From Corynebacterium sp. (lineage in GTDB: Bacteria; Actinomycetota; Actinomycetes; Mycobacteriales; Mycobacteriaceae): a stretch of 64,000 nucleotides of DNA. Positions 18,972 through 29,234 of the stretch are shown one piece after another. Made by a program: the position numbers and the translations under genes. Numbering within the stretch: position 1 is the first letter of the stretch; each line of letters starts with the position of its first letter. The DNA lies in NCBI RefSeq assembly GCF_030152825.1, contig NZ_JASLIP010000037.1, positions 13,814 through 77,813 of the forward strand, read 5' to 3'. Under the pieces are notes generated by a model. That model worked only from the letters and a program-made list of their open reading frames with translations, was not told the DNA's origin and searched no databases.

Positions 18972-19560
18972 GGCTCGGGCCCGGGTTCGGCAGGTGCGGC
19001 GGGTAGTTCTGCTGCGCGGAGTTCTCACGCTGCTGGGCTGCGCTGTGGTTCTGCACCTGGCCCTGCTCCATGGCGCGCAGGCGCTGCTCCTGGCGCGCGT
19101 CGATGGCCTGCACCGACTGGGAAGTGCGGATCAGGGAGACCGCGACCTCCAGGTAGACGCGGGACAGCGCCAGCACCGCCACCGTAATCAGCACGATCGG
19201 CGGGACAGCCAGGACGAAGACCAGCAGGCTGAAGCCCAGCGGCTGGCCGGAGAAGAACACACTCACCGCGCCCAGCAGCGCCAGGCCGGCGGCCACGCCG
19301 ATGACCACGAAGAGCACCATGTACAGCACCTGGGCCACGCTCGGGGTGACGTAGCGGCGGAAGCTGAAGTCGAATAGCGCGCCGAGGAAGCTGCCGTCCT
19401 GTGGGTCCTGAGCCCCGGGGCTGGGCCGATACTCCGGAGTGCGGTTTTCCATGCCCTGGCCCTGCAGGAAGGTCTCGTTGGCCTGCCGGGCCTGCTCAGG
19501 CGTCAGCTCGCCCGGGGTGCGGGGTGAGAAGTCAGAAGGTTGTTTTTCGGGGTTTTCCAT
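18955..19560 (-). CDS. DUF4282-like membrane protein (paralog 1)
   Basis: FLGALFDFSFRRYVTPSVAQVLYMVLFVVIGV with the same architecture as the downstream gene. Gln-rich tail. Confidence 0.6.
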   Translation of the reverse strand: MENPEKQPSDFSPRTPGELTPEQARQANETFLQGQGMENRTPEYRPSPGAQDPQDGSFLGALFDFSFRRYVTPSVAQVLYMVLFVVIGVAAGLALLGAVSVFFSGQPLGFSLLVFVLAVPPIVLITVAVLALSRVYLEVAVSLIRTSQSVQAIDARQEQRLRAMEQGQVQNHSAAQQRENSAQQNYPPHLPNPGPSHGDQN

Positions 19561-19629
19561 GTGTTCTCCTCGGGTGCGCGATCGCGCCGGTGTGCCGCGA
19601 TGCGCCCAGTGGCCGGGCCGGGCGCGGGT

Positions 19630-20649
19630 TTAGAAGCCCATGCGCTCCAGTGCCTTCGGGTCGGACTGCCAGTTCTTCGCCACCTTCAGGCGGACGTCCA
19701 GGAAGATGTTCTGCCCCAGCATCTCGATGATCTGGAGGCGGGAGTTGTGCACGATGCGGGACAGGCGGCGGTTGTTGCGGCCTCGCAGGATGGCCTTCTG
19801 CCCTTCCCGCTCCACGTAGATCACCGCGTGCACGTTCAGCACGCCCTCCCTGGTCGGGGACGGCAGGATCTCGTCCACCTTCACCGCCACCGAGTGCGGC
19901 AGCTCGTGCTCCAGTCCACTCAGCGCGGCCTCACGGATCAGCTCGGCGATGCGGGTCTCGGTGTCGTCGTCGGTGACGTGGTCGTCAGGGTAGAACTTCG
20001 GGCCCTCGGGCAGCTTCTCGGCGATGACGTCCACCAGGGTTTCCAGCTGGAACCCGTCCTGGGCGGACAGCGGGACGACGTCCACCTCGGCGCCGTCGAG
20101 CGCTTCGGTGAGCATGGCGTGCAGGCCGAGTAGCTGCTGGCCAACCCGGTCCTTCGAGACCTTGTCGGTCTTGGTGACGATGCCCATCAGCGGCACCTTG
20201 GGTGCGACATGCCGGACGTTTTCCACGATCCAGCGGTCGCCTGGGCCAATCTTCTCGTCGGCCGGCACGCACACACAGATCAGGTCCATGTCCACGTAGG
20301 TTTCCTTGACCACGTCGTTGAGCCGCTCGCCCAGCAGAGTGCGCGGCCGGTGCAGTCCCGGGGTGTCCACGACGACGATCTGGGCCTTCGGCCGGTGCAC
20401 GAGCCCGCGGATCGGGTGGCGAGTGGTCTCCGGCTGGTCGGCGGTGATGGCGATCTTCTCGCCGACCAGGGCGTTGGTCAGCGTGGACTTGCCGGTGTTC
20501 GGCCGGCCCACGAAGCTCACGAAGCCGGAGCGGAAGCCCTCGGGCGTGTCGAAGCCGAGCCCAGCATTCGCACCGTCATTCGTGGGCTTGCCTGCTGCTG
20601 GGCTGGCAGCGGCGTCTGCGGGGAGCATCGACTCATCGGGGAAGTTCAT
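19630..20649 (-). CDS. era: GTPase Era
   Basis: GRPNTGKST, DTPG, TKTD and a C-terminal KH domain. Start ambiguous (ATG 20649 or 20670). Confidence 0.9.
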   Translation of the reverse strand: MNFPDESMLPADAAASPAAGKPTNDGANAGLGFDTPEGFRSGFVSFVGRPNTGKSTLTNALVGEKIAITADQPETTRHPIRGLVHRPKAQIVVVDTPGLHRPRTLLGERLNDVVKETYVDMDLICVCVPADEKIGPGDRWIVENVRHVAPKVPLMGIVTKTDKVSKDRVGQQLLGLHAMLTEALDGAEVDVVPLSAQDGFQLETLVDVIAEKLPEGPKFYPDDHVTDDDTETRIAELIREAALSGLEHELPHSVAVKVDEILPSPTREGVLNVHAVIYVEREGQKAILRGRNNRRLSRIVHNSRLQIIEMLGQNIFLDVRLKVAKNWQSDPKALERMGF

Positions 20650-20653
20650 CTCG

Positions 20654-22207
20654 CTAGTCACCCTCCCCATTCTGCCCTACTGCAGGCCGTGGGGCGGAAT
20701 CATCGCGTCGCGGGTTAGCCTCGCCGGAACCGGACTGGGCCGCTGCCTCGGCACCATCCTCAGCGGGCTGATCCTCCCCCGGGGCCACCCGGCTGACGAC
20801 CGCGGACTTCACGATGTAGCGACCCCTCTTGTTGTGCCCGCCCTCGAAGACCAGGTGCAGCCCGGCGGTGGTGATCTCCGCCCCCGGCATCGGCACCTTG
20901 CCCAGCTCCAGGGCACCCAGCCCAGCCACTGTGTCGGCCTGGTCATGCTGCTCCTCACTGAACTCGATTTCCGTGGCTCGCTCCGGAACCCAGCTGCGGT
21001 CCTCCCGGGAGCCCTCGCCGCCGCGTTCCTCGCGGGCCGCCTCCCCGTTTCCAGACTCGCCACGGGAGGAGTCCCACTGCTCGCCGTGGTGCACGCCCTC
21101 GTAGCGCTGCTCACGGAAGAGCTCTTCCAGCTCGTCCAGGGAGAGCCGGGAGCTGACCCGGTAACGGTCATCGCCCAGGTCCTCGATCGGCAGGTCCTCG
21201 ACGGCGTCGTATTCGTCGGAAATCTCGCCGACGATCTCCTCCAGGATGTCCTCGATGGAGATCAGGCCCGCGACCGCGCCGTACTCGTCGACCAGCATCG
21301 TCAGGTGCACCTGGTCGCGCTGCATATCCTCGAGCAGGTCGGTGAGCAGCCGGGAATCAGGGACGAAGTTCGGCTTGCGCATCACCTCGGTCACCGGCGT
21401 GTGACGGCCGGCGTCCTGGTCGTGGTACGTCTGCGCAACCAGATCCTTGAGATAGACGATGCCGACGATGTCGTCGACGTCCTCGCCGATCACCGGTAGA
21501 CGGGACAGCCCGGAGCGCACGCACAGGCTCGTCGCCTGGCCGGCGGACTTCGTGTCCTCGATCCACACCATCTCCGTGCGCGGCACCATCACCGCACGCG
21601 CGGTCGTATTCGTCAGGTCGAAGACGGACTGGATCATCCGGCGCTCGTCGGTCTCCACGATGCCGTGCTCCGTAGCGATGTCCACCATCTCCCGCAGCTC
21701 GATCTCCGAGGCGAACGGGCCGTCCCTAAAGCCCCGGCCTGGGGAGAGCACCGAACCAGCGCGCACCAGCCCGCGGGCAAGAAAACCGAAGACCCGGTTC
21801 ACCCCCAGCAGGAATGGGGCCGCCGCCAGGGAAATGGAGTAAGGGTTTTGACGTCCCAAAGTGCGAGACAGCACGCCGATGACGACGAAGTTGATGAGCG
21901 CCGTCAGAACAATCGCGGCGACCAGGGACCAGACGTGCAGACCGAAGGCCTCGACGAACACCGCCGCCATCAGCGCCGTGCCCGTGACCTCGCACAGGGT
22001 GCGCAGCAGGACTAGCAGGTTGATGTGCTCCGCGCGGTACGTCATGACCTTGGCCAAGCGACGGGAACCTGGCCTCTCGTCCTTCACCAGCGTCTCAACC
22101 CGCGCCGCAGAGAGCGAGGATAGTGCGGTCTCAGCAAGGGAGAACACCGCGCCGACCGCGAGCGCGAGAATTAGGCCGATAGTGCCAGCTAATATCCAGT
22201 AGTCCAT
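20654..22207 (-). CDS. CNNM/hemolysin family protein (DUF21 TM + CBS pair + CorC_HlyC)
   Basis: Four N-terminal TMs, a CBS pair and a CorC_HlyC domain carrying an acidic low-complexity insertion. Confidence 0.85.
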   Translation of the reverse strand: MDYWILAGTIGLILALAVGAVFSLAETALSSLSAARVETLVKDERPGSRRLAKVMTYRAEHINLLVLLRTLCEVTGTALMAAVFVEAFGLHVWSLVAAIVLTALINFVVIGVLSRTLGRQNPYSISLAAAPFLLGVNRVFGFLARGLVRAGSVLSPGRGFRDGPFASEIELREMVDIATEHGIVETDERRMIQSVFDLTNTTARAVMVPRTEMVWIEDTKSAGQATSLCVRSGLSRLPVIGEDVDDIVGIVYLKDLVAQTYHDQDAGRHTPVTEVMRKPNFVPDSRLLTDLLEDMQRDQVHLTMLVDEYGAVAGLISIEDILEEIVGEISDEYDAVEDLPIEDLGDDRYRVSSRLSLDELEELFREQRYEGVHHGEQWDSSRGESGNGEAAREERGGEGSREDRSWVPERATEIEFSEEQHDQADTVAGLGALELGKVPMPGAEITTAGLHLVFEGGHNKRGRYIVKSAVVSRVAPGEDQPAEDGAEAAAQSGSGEANPRRDDSAPRPAVGQNGEGD

Positions 22208-22795
22208 TTACCTAGACTCGGTTTCTGCATCGGCACTGAAGGAGCTGCCGGAGCCGGTGTCGTCGCGGTCGGCGGCGCTCGGGAAGGCCGCGGCACCGCT
22301 CGGCTTCGGGCCGAACTTCACGCCGCGCTCCTCCTGGGAGTCGTACCAATTCGCCAGGACCTCGTTCTGGATGGAGAACATCTGCTGTTCCTCCTCCGGG
22401 GTCACGTGGTCGAAGCCCAGCAGGTGCAGCACGCCGTGCACGGTCAGCAGGTCCAGCTCGTGGGCCAGGGAGTGGCCGGCGCGCTCGGCCTGCCCCTTCG
22501 CGAAACTCGGGCAGAGCATGATGTCGCCCAGCATCGCCGGGGAGGTCGGCGGGCCGTCCTTGCGGCCCCATCCCGGGGTGAGCTCATCCATTGGGAAGCT
22601 CATGACATCCGTCGGGCCCGGCAGGTTCAGCCAGCGCAGGTGGAGATCGGCGATGGTCTCCTCGTCCACGATGTGGATGGACAGCTCCGCGCTGGAGTGG
22701 ACGTCCATGGTCCACAGCGTATAGCGGGCGACGTCGATCAGCTCTTCCTCGTTGATCTCGCCCCAGCCGGATTCGTTAAAAACCTCGATGCTCAC
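22208..22795 (-). CDS. ybeY: rRNA maturation endoribonuclease YbeY
   Basis: [14 protein letters not shown] 22795 overlaps the phoH stop (TAGTG) and yields (M)[12 protein letters not shown] 22810 is an alternative. Confidence 0.9.
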   Translation of the reverse strand: MSIEVFNESGWGEINEEELIDVARYTLWTMDVHSSAELSIHIVDEETIADLHLRWLNLPGPTDVMSFPMDELTPGWGRKDGPPTSPAMLGDIMLCPSFAKGQAERAGHSLAHELDLLTVHGVLHLLGFDHVTPEEEQQMFSIQNEVLANWYDSQEERGVKFGPKPSGAAAFPSAADRDDTGSGSSFSADAETESR

Positions 22796-23847
22796 TAGCG
22801 GGTTCTCCATTCCTGTTCTTCTTCACGGTCCAAGCGGGCGAGCTCCTCTTCGGCCTCGAAGCGCTCGTAGGCGTCCACGATGCGGGTCACCAGGCGGTGC
22901 CGGACGACGTCGTTGCTGCTCAGCTCGGCGAAACGGATGCCGTCCACGCCGTCCAGGATTTCCTGGCTTGCGGCCAGGCCGCTGCGCTGATTCTTCGGCA
23001 GGTCCACCTGGGTCAGGTCGCCGGTGATCACCATCTTCGACCCGAAGCCGAGGCGGGTGAGGAACATCTTCATCTGCGCGGGCGTGGTGTTCTGCGCCTC
23101 GTCCAGGATGACGAAGCTGTTGTTCAGCGTGCGGCCGCGCATATAGGCCAGCGGGGCGACCTCGATGACGCCGGATTCCATGAGCCGCGGGATGATCTCC
23201 GGATCCACCATCTCCCGCAGCGCGTCGTGGAGGGGGCGCAGGTAGGGGTCGATCTTGTCGCCCAGGGTGCCGGGCAGGAAGCCGAGGTTCTCCCCCGCCT
23301 CCACGGCCGGACGGGTGAGGATGATCCGGGTGACCTCCTTGGCCTGCAGCGCCTGCACTGCCTTGGCCATCGCCAGGTAGGTCTTGCCCGTGCCTGCGGG
23401 GCCGAGCCCGAATACGACCGAGTAGTTGTCGATCGCCTCGACGTACTCTTCCTGGCCGAGGGTCTTGGGCCGCACCGCCTTGCCGCGGTAGCTGACGATC
23501 GGAGCGGCCTTGTAGTTCAGCGCCGCGCCCTGCTCGTCGAGCATTTCGATAATGCGACGGGTGACGTCCGGGGTGACCGTCTGGCCGTGATCAGCGATGG
23601 CGGCCATCTCCATCAGGATCTTGCGGGTGCGGCTCACCTCGCTGGCCTCGCCGCGCAAGACCAGGTGGTTGCCACGGGTCAGGATGTCTGCGTCGACGGT
23701 GTCTTCGACGATCCTGAGATTTTCATCTGCCGGACCGGAGACGGCCAGCACGGCTTCTGGGGGAAGTTCAAGGGTGGAGCTGGCTACTCGCGGGCGTGGT
23801 GACTGCGCTGCGTGGGCTCCGTGGGTGCGGACAGTATGAGGAACCAT
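22795..23847 (-). CDS. phoH: PhoH family ATPase
   Basis: Walker [12 protein letters not shown] and ILDEAQN. Confidence 0.9.
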   Translation of the reverse strand: MVPHTVRTHGAHAAQSPRPRVASSTLELPPEAVLAVSGPADENLRIVEDTVDADILTRGNHLVLRGEASEVSRTRKILMEMAAIADHGQTVTPDVTRRIIEMLDEQGAALNYKAAPIVSYRGKAVRPKTLGQEEYVEAIDNYSVVFGLGPAGTGKTYLAMAKAVQALQAKEVTRIILTRPAVEAGENLGFLPGTLGDKIDPYLRPLHDALREMVDPEIIPRLMESGVIEVAPLAYMRGRTLNNSFVILDEAQNTTPAQMKMFLTRLGFGSKMVITGDLTQVDLPKNQRSGLAASQEILDGVDGIRFAELSSNDVVRHRLVTRIVDAYERFEAEEELARLDREEEQEWRTR

Positions 23848-23859
23848 ATGGGCCTTATC

Positions 23860-24639
23860 CTACCGCGCTCTATCAGTCAGTGAGGGCGCCGATCGCTCCC
23901 AGCGGCCGGTGAGGGCACCAATCGCCCCCAACGCCACGGCGCCTGCGGTGGCGGTGCGCAGCACCTCGGGTCCGAGGACGACCGGTTGGCCGCCGAGCCC
24001 CTCGAGGGCCGTCAGCTCGTCCGGGGTGATGCCGCCCTCCGGCCCGATGACAAGCACAATTTCCTCTACTCCGGCCGCGCTCTCGACGAAGGATCGGAAG
24101 CTGCCGCGGGCGTCCTCGTGAAGCATCCCGAGGCGCGCGGTTGGTTCGGGCGCGGCGAGCCCCGGCACGAGCTCCGGCAGGTCGCTGAGATTGCGCAGCA
24201 GCCCAGTGATCTCGGGAAGGACGAGCCGGCGGGACTGCTTGGTGGCCGCGAAGGCGGTTTTCTCCCAGCGGGCCAGGGCTTTGTCTTCCTTCTTGTCCCA
24301 GCGGGCGATGCAGCGGCTGGCAGCCCACGGGATGATTCGATGCACCCCGGCCTGGACCATCAGGTCCACCGCCAGCTCGGAGCGGTCGGACTTCGGCAGA
24401 GCCTGGACGATCGTCACCCGGGGCGTGGGCTGCGGCAGCTCCAGTAGCTCGGAGACCTGCACGCCAGCAGTAGAAAACGTGCCACGCACGGCGGTGGCGG
24501 CACCGTCGCTCACGATGACCGCCTCCCCCTCGGCAATGCGCTTGACCTGGCTGTGCCGAGCCTCCGCGCCAGTGAGCTGGACGGAATCACCGACCGCAAG
24601 ACCATCGGGCAGGGGCTGAATGAACACCGATTCTGTCAC
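23860..24639 (-). CDS. rsmE: 16S rRNA (uracil1498-N3)-methyltransferase
   Basis: PUA-like N-terminus, LVIGPEGGITPDE and synteny with dnaJ2. Start set to GTG 24639 after GGAAGA. Confidence 0.85.
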   Translation of the reverse strand: MTESVFIQPLPDGLAVGDSVQLTGAEARHSQVKRIAEGEAVIVSDGAATAVRGTFSTAGVQVSELLELPQPTPRVTIVQALPKSDRSELAVDLMVQAGVHRIIPWAASRCIARWDKKEDKALARWEKTAFAATKQSRRLVLPEITGLLRNLSDLPELVPGLAAPEPTARLGMLHEDARGSFRSFVESAAGVEEIVLVIGPEGGITPDELTALEGLGGQPVVLGPEVLRTATAGAVALGAIGALTGRWERSAPSLTDRAR

Positions 24640-24733
24640 TAGTTTCTTCCGCTTCTTCCGCTGGTGGCTCGGCTGGCTACGCCGTTGCACGGGCGCTTGG
24701 CTAGGCCGGCCTTATCGGCCTCCCTGCGCCTTC

Positions 24734-25876
24734 TTAGGCGCGGGAGAAGTGCTTGCGCAGCCGGGAGAACAGGCCGCTGTGCTGGCCACCCTTCATGTTC
24801 ACTGTCACGTCCTCCTTGGAGTGGTCGCGCAGCTGCTCCAGCAGCTCGCGCTGCTTGTGGCTCAGGTTGTTTGGCACGATGACGTCCACGTGGACGATCA
24901 GGTTGCCGTGGCCCTCGCGGCGCAGGTGAGGCATGCCCTGGCCGGACAGGCGAATCTGCTCGTCCGGCTGGGTACCGGCCGGGATCTCCACCGACTCGTT
25001 GCTGCCGTCCAGCAGCTCCAGCGAGGTCTTCGTGCCCAGGGCGGCGTCCACCGCCGGGACGGAGATGGTGACGTGCAGGTTATCGCCCTCACGGATGAAC
25101 ATCGGGTGATCCTCGGCCTGGACCTCGATGTAGAGGTCACCGGCCGGCCCACCGCCCGGACCGACCTCGCCCTCACCGGCCATACGGATGCGCATGCCGT
25201 CGGAAATACCGGCCGGGATGTTCACCGCGATGTCCCGGCGGGCGCGCACCCGGCCATCACCCTGACAGTTCTCGCACGGGTCCTCAATGATCTCGCCGGT
25301 GCCGCCGCAGCGGTGGCACGGGCGGGCGACCTGCACGCGGCCCAGGATGGAGTTCTGAACCTCCATGACCTGGCCCTGCCCGTGACAGGTGGGGCAACCC
25401 ACCGGCTCGGACTTGGACTGCGACCCCGTCCCCTCGCAGGGCTCGCACAGCACGGCGGTGTCCACGGTGACCTCGTGCTTGATGCCGGAGTAGATCTCCT
25501 CCAGGCTCAGCGAGATTCGCAGCAGCGCATCGTTGCCACGGCGTACGCGGGAGACGCGCTGGCCCGCTCCCCCGCCGCCACCGCCGAAGAAGGCGTCGAA
25601 GATATCGCCCAGTCCACCGGTGCCGAATCCACCGCCGCCACCCGGCTGGCCGAAGCCCTGCTCCTCTGGGTCCCCGCCGGCGTCCACGATCTGGCGCTTC
25701 TGCGGGTCAAGGAGGACCTCCTGGGCGAGGGTCGCCTCCCGGAACTTCTCCGCCGCGTCCTCGGACGGGTTGACGTCCGGGTGGTACTTACGGGCGACCT
25801 TGCGATAAGCCTTCTTGATCTCCGCATCGGTGGCGTTTCGTTCCACGCCAAGAATGCCGTAATAGTCACGGGCCAC
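24734..25876 (-). CDS. dnaJ: Molecular chaperone DnaJ (DnaJ2)
   Basis: J domain with HPD, G/F region and four CxxCxGxG zinc repeats. Confidence 0.95.
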   Translation of the reverse strand: MARDYYGILGVERNATDAEIKKAYRKVARKYHPDVNPSEDAAEKFREATLAQEVLLDPQKRQIVDAGGDPEEQGFGQPGGGGGFGTGGLGDIFDAFFGGGGGGAGQRVSRVRRGNDALLRISLSLEEIYSGIKHEVTVDTAVLCEPCEGTGSQSKSEPVGCPTCHGQGQVMEVQNSILGRVQVARPCHRCGGTGEIIEDPCENCQGDGRVRARRDIAVNIPAGISDGMRIRMAGEGEVGPGGGPAGDLYIEVQAEDHPMFIREGDNLHVTISVPAVDAALGTKTSLELLDGSNESVEIPAGTQPDEQIRLSGQGMPHLRREGHGNLIVHVDVIVPNNLSHKQRELLEQLRDHSKEDVTVNMKGGQHSGLFSRLRKHFSRA

Positions 25877-25922
25877 GGTGAGTTTTATCCCCTTTGCTCG
25901 CTATCGAAACCAAACTTACAGT

Positions 25923-26975
25923 CTACTCCCCGGCCAGAATCCGGGATACATAGTGCGCCACTGCGGTCACCTTAGACATCGTGCCAGGGTAGTCCAAGTG
26001 CGTCGGGCCCAGCACACCGAGCCCGCCCATGACCGCGTTTTCCGCGCCGTAGCCGGTGGAGATCACCGAGGCGCTGCGCAGCTCTTCGTCCTCATTCTCC
26101 TCGCCGATGCTGACCTGGATGCCCATGTCTCGGACCCCGGAGAGGAGCTTGAGAACGACGACCTGCTCTTCCAACGCTTCGAGCACCGGGGTTAATTCCC
26201 CCACCCGGGCGATATTCGGGGTGCCGGCGAGAATGAGCCGGTCATTGGGTCGCTCCACCATGGTCTCCATCAGCACGGTCGCCACCGCGATCAGGGCTGG
26301 CCGCAGCTCCGCGGGCACCGTCTTCAACCGGGCTTCCTGGGCGAGGGAGGCGATCTTCGCACATGCCTCCTCTAGGGTGAGCCCGACGACGCTGTGGTTG
26401 ACCAGGTCGCGGACGCGCGGCAGGTCAGACTCGGCGAGCGGTTCGGCGAGGTCGACGTTGCGCTGATCGACCCGGCCGGTGTCCGTGATGAGGACGACGA
26501 GCAGACGGTGGGTGGTGAGGCGCACGAGCTCGCAGTGCTTCACCCAGCCGATGCGCATGTCCGGCAGCTGCACGACCGCCACCTGACGGGTCAGCTGGGC
26601 CAGCAGCTGCACACTGCGACGCAGGACGTCCTCCAGGTCCACCCCGTGCTCCAGGAAGTCCAGGATCGCCCGCCGCTCCGGCATGCTCATCGGCTTGACC
26701 GCGTGGATGCCGTCCACGAAGTGGCGGTAGCCCTTCGCGGTGGGGATGCGCCCGGAGCTGGTGTGCTGCTGGGTGATGTAGCCATCCTTCTCGAGGGCGG
26801 CCATGTCGTTGCGGATCGTCGCGGAGGACACTCCCAGCTGGTGCCGGTCGAGGAGCATCTTGGAGCCCACCGGCTCCTGCAGGGAGATGTAGTCCGACAC
26901 GATGGCGCGCAGCACCTCGCTGCGGCGTTGCTGGGTCGACAGCGACGCGCGGTTCTTGGGCACGCGATTAGTCAC
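25923..26975 (-). CDS. hrcA: Heat-inducible transcription repressor HrcA
   Basis: N-terminal winged helix [28 protein letters not shown] start. Operon with dnaJ2. Confidence 0.95.
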   Translation of the reverse strand: MTNRVPKNRASLSTQQRRSEVLRAIVSDYISLQEPVGSKMLLDRHQLGVSSATIRNDMAALEKDGYITQQHTSSGRIPTAKGYRHFVDGIHAVKPMSMPERRAILDFLEHGVDLEDVLRRSVQLLAQLTRQVAVVQLPDMRIGWVKHCELVRLTTHRLLVVLITDTGRVDQRNVDLAEPLAESDLPRVRDLVNHSVVGLTLEEACAKIASLAQEARLKTVPAELRPALIAVATVLMETMVERPNDRLILAGTPNIARVGELTPVLEALEEQVVVLKLLSGVRDMGIQVSIGEENEDEELRSASVISTGYGAENAVMGGLGVLGPTHLDYPGTMSKVTAVAHYVSRILAGE

Positions 26976-27044
26976 GGAAAATGCTCACCACCATCTGTTC
27001 TGCTTCTCCCCCAGCCTAGGCGAAAGGCCCGGCTCACTCCATGA

Positions 27045-28310
27045 TCACTCCATGGCGAGCAGCAGATCGGTGACGATGCCGTCCACCAGGTAGCGGCCCT
27101 GCTCCGTGACGCGCAGTCGCTGTGCGTGCGCATCGACCTCGAGCAGGCCCAGGCGCTGGTAGCGCTCGATTTCTGCCTCGGCTCCCGCCAGCCCCGCGAG
27201 CGCCACGCCCTCTCGCAGGCGCAGCCCCAGCATCAGGTGCTCGGTGGCCAGGTCCGCATGGCTCAGTGGTTCGAAGGTCACCGTCGGCAGGCTGTGGCGC
27301 TGAATGAGGGCTTCCCAGTAGCGGGCGGGGTACTTGGCGTTGACCAGGCGGGTGATGCCAGAGAAGTCTTCCGCGCCAACGCGCTCCGCAGCCTCGGCCA
27401 GCAGGTACTGCGCCGCCGCACCTTCCTGCAGTCGCACGCAGCCGTGGGCTCCCGGGCCCGCACCCCACCACTGGCCATCCCGCCAGTAAATGAGGTTGTG
27501 CTCGCACTCCCCGCCCGGCTTTGTCCAGTTGGAAACCTCGTACCACTGGAAACCCGCCTCGACGAGGCGCTCGTCGATCATGCGGTAGCGGTCGGCGTAG
27601 ACGTCCTCGTCCGGGGCGGGTAGCTCCCCGCGGCGGACCTTGCGGGCCATCGCGGTGCCGTCCTCGACGATGAGAGAGTAGGCAGAAACGTGGTCCACGT
27701 CCGCCTCGATGACGGCGTCCAAGCTGCGGGCCAGGTCCTCGTCGCGCTCGGTGGGAGTGCCGTAGATCAGGTCCAGGTTCACGTGCTCAAAGCCCGCGGC
27801 CTTGGCCTCCGCCACCGCCTGCTCCGGGCGGCCGGGCGTGTGCTGGCGCTCCAGGACCTTCAGCACATGCCCGGCCGCCGACTGCATGCCCAGGGAGATC
27901 CGGTTGAAGCCGGCCTCGCGAAGTTGGGAGAAGAATTCCGGGCTGGTGGACTCCGGGTTGGCCTCCGTGGTGACCTCCGCGCCCGGAGCCAGGCCAACGG
28001 CGCGGCGCACCGCATTGAGGACGCGCACCAGCCCCTCGGCCCCCAGCATGGAGGGGGTGCCGCCGCCGAAGAAGACGGTGCTCACCCCGGGGTCGGAATC
28101 CCCTTCGTAGAGTCCCTGCCGGTCCCAGGCCGCTGCCGCCAGCTCGAGCTCCACCTCGAGCGCGTCGAGGTAGCCGGCGGGGGTGCGCCCCTGCGCGGAA
28201 CCCATGCTGGCTGGATCGGCGGCCAGCTCCGCGGGGGTATAGGTGTTGAAGTCGCAATAGCCGCAGCGCGAGGCGCAGAACGGCACGTGAATATACAGCC
28301 CGCTGGTCAT
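27045..28310 (-). CDS. hemW: Radical SAM heme chaperone HemW (HemN family)
   Basis: YIHVPFCASRCGYCDF CxxxCxxC cluster motif and a HemN_C region. Confidence 0.9.
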   Translation of the reverse strand: MTSGLYIHVPFCASRCGYCDFNTYTPAELAADPASMGSAQGRTPAGYLDALEVELELAAAAWDRQGLYEGDSDPGVSTVFFGGGTPSMLGAEGLVRVLNAVRRAVGLAPGAEVTTEANPESTSPEFFSQLREAGFNRISLGMQSAAGHVLKVLERQHTPGRPEQAVAEAKAAGFEHVNLDLIYGTPTERDEDLARSLDAVIEADVDHVSAYSLIVEDGTAMARKVRRGELPAPDEDVYADRYRMIDERLVEAGFQWYEVSNWTKPGGECEHNLIYWRDGQWWGAGPGAHGCVRLQEGAAAQYLLAEAAERVGAEDFSGITRLVNAKYPARYWEALIQRHSLPTVTFEPLSHADLATEHLMLGLRLREGVALAGLAGAEAEIERYQRLGLLEVDAHAQRLRVTEQGRYLVDGIVTDLLLAME

Positions 28311-28316
28311 GCCCAG

Positions 28317-29057
28317 CTACACTACCCGGCCGCGCCGCTTCGTCAGCTTTGCGATGAGCTGTTCGATGCGGGCCCGCTCGGCGAGGAACTGCGGTGGGGC
28401 CTCCCCGCGCATGGCTTGTGCCACGGCGGGTTGCTTGGCCACGCCCTCCTGCCACTGCGCCACGATCTCCCGAGTACGCTTCTCCGCCTCGTTGAAAACC
28501 TGCGGCAACAGCACGGCTTGCGCGTTGATGGCCAGGTCGGTCTGCTGGACGACCCACTCGGCGAGCTCCTCCAGCTCCCCGATGAGTTCCTCGTTGCGCT
28601 CGCGCAACCACAGCCGCCAGCCGACGGTCGTCGCCATCTGCGGCTGGTCTCCATCGTCCGCGTCGTGAGTTGAGGACGTTTCCCCATTCTGAGCGCCGTT
28701 CCCCTGGGACGGCGGTCTGGGCGCACCCTTGCGCAGGAAGGACAGGGTGCGTCCGGGGTGCTGGAAGGTATTAGACATCTCGCCGCTGCGCACGCCGGAG
28801 ACGAAGGCCTGACGCAATCCGTTGAGCTCCGCGAGCCCCGGGCGGACTTCCTTGCGTCCCTGGCGGACGACGGAGGTGAACTCGAGCAGGCAATCCTCGA
28901 CCAGCTCACCGTCCCAGTCCGCGACGGCCTGGGCGATGTGTTCGATGTGCTCGGCGATTTCGTCACCAATGTCGTAGATGTTCTGGGTGAGGTCGCGCAC
29001 GCGCAGCGACGCATCGTAGTGCACGTGACCTCCCTGTTTTCGCTTCGTCCACGACAT
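28317..29057 (-). CDS. Hypothetical protein (two helical modules joined by a disordered linker)
   Basis: Stop is 6 nt before the hemW start. Sense-like codon bias. No recognisable family. Confidence 0.6.
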   Translation of the reverse strand: MSWTKRKQGGHVHYDASLRVRDLTQNIYDIGDEIAEHIEHIAQAVADWDGELVEDCLLEFTSVVRQGRKEVRPGLAELNGLRQAFVSGVRSGEMSNTFQHPGRTLSFLRKGAPRPPSQGNGAQNGETSSTHDADDGDQPQMATTVGWRLWLRERNEELIGELEELAEWVVQQTDLAINAQAVLLPQVFNEAEKRTREIVAQWQEGVAKQPAVAQAMRGEAPPQFLAERARIEQLIAKLTKRRGRVV

Positions 29058-29101
29058 CCGGCACTTCGCCTTGTAGCTTCCGGTTCCCTGTAGGGCGGCG
29101 C

Positions 29102-29146
29102 ATAAAAGACTGTACCCGCATCACATTATGTGAGTGATGCGGGTAC
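29102..29146 (-). terminator. Intrinsic terminator downstream of the acyl-CoA ligase gene
   Basis: Perfect 13-bp stem GTACCCGCATCAC / GTGATGCGGGTAC (29112..29146), followed on the minus strand by TCTTTTATG. Confidence 0.65.
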
Positions 29147-29234
29147 GTCCGGGAGGCTTGGCCGTGTCCGGGGATTTATATGAGCTTTCGAGCCCCGGCA
29201 CCACCCCGTGGGGCGGTGATTGGGAGCCGGGCAG

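Noticed and set aside
26976-27044. CIRCE element (TTAGCACTC-N9-GAGTGCTAA) upstream of hrcA.
   Set aside because: TTAGTCAC...CTCAC is not an inverted repeat and does not match CIRCE.
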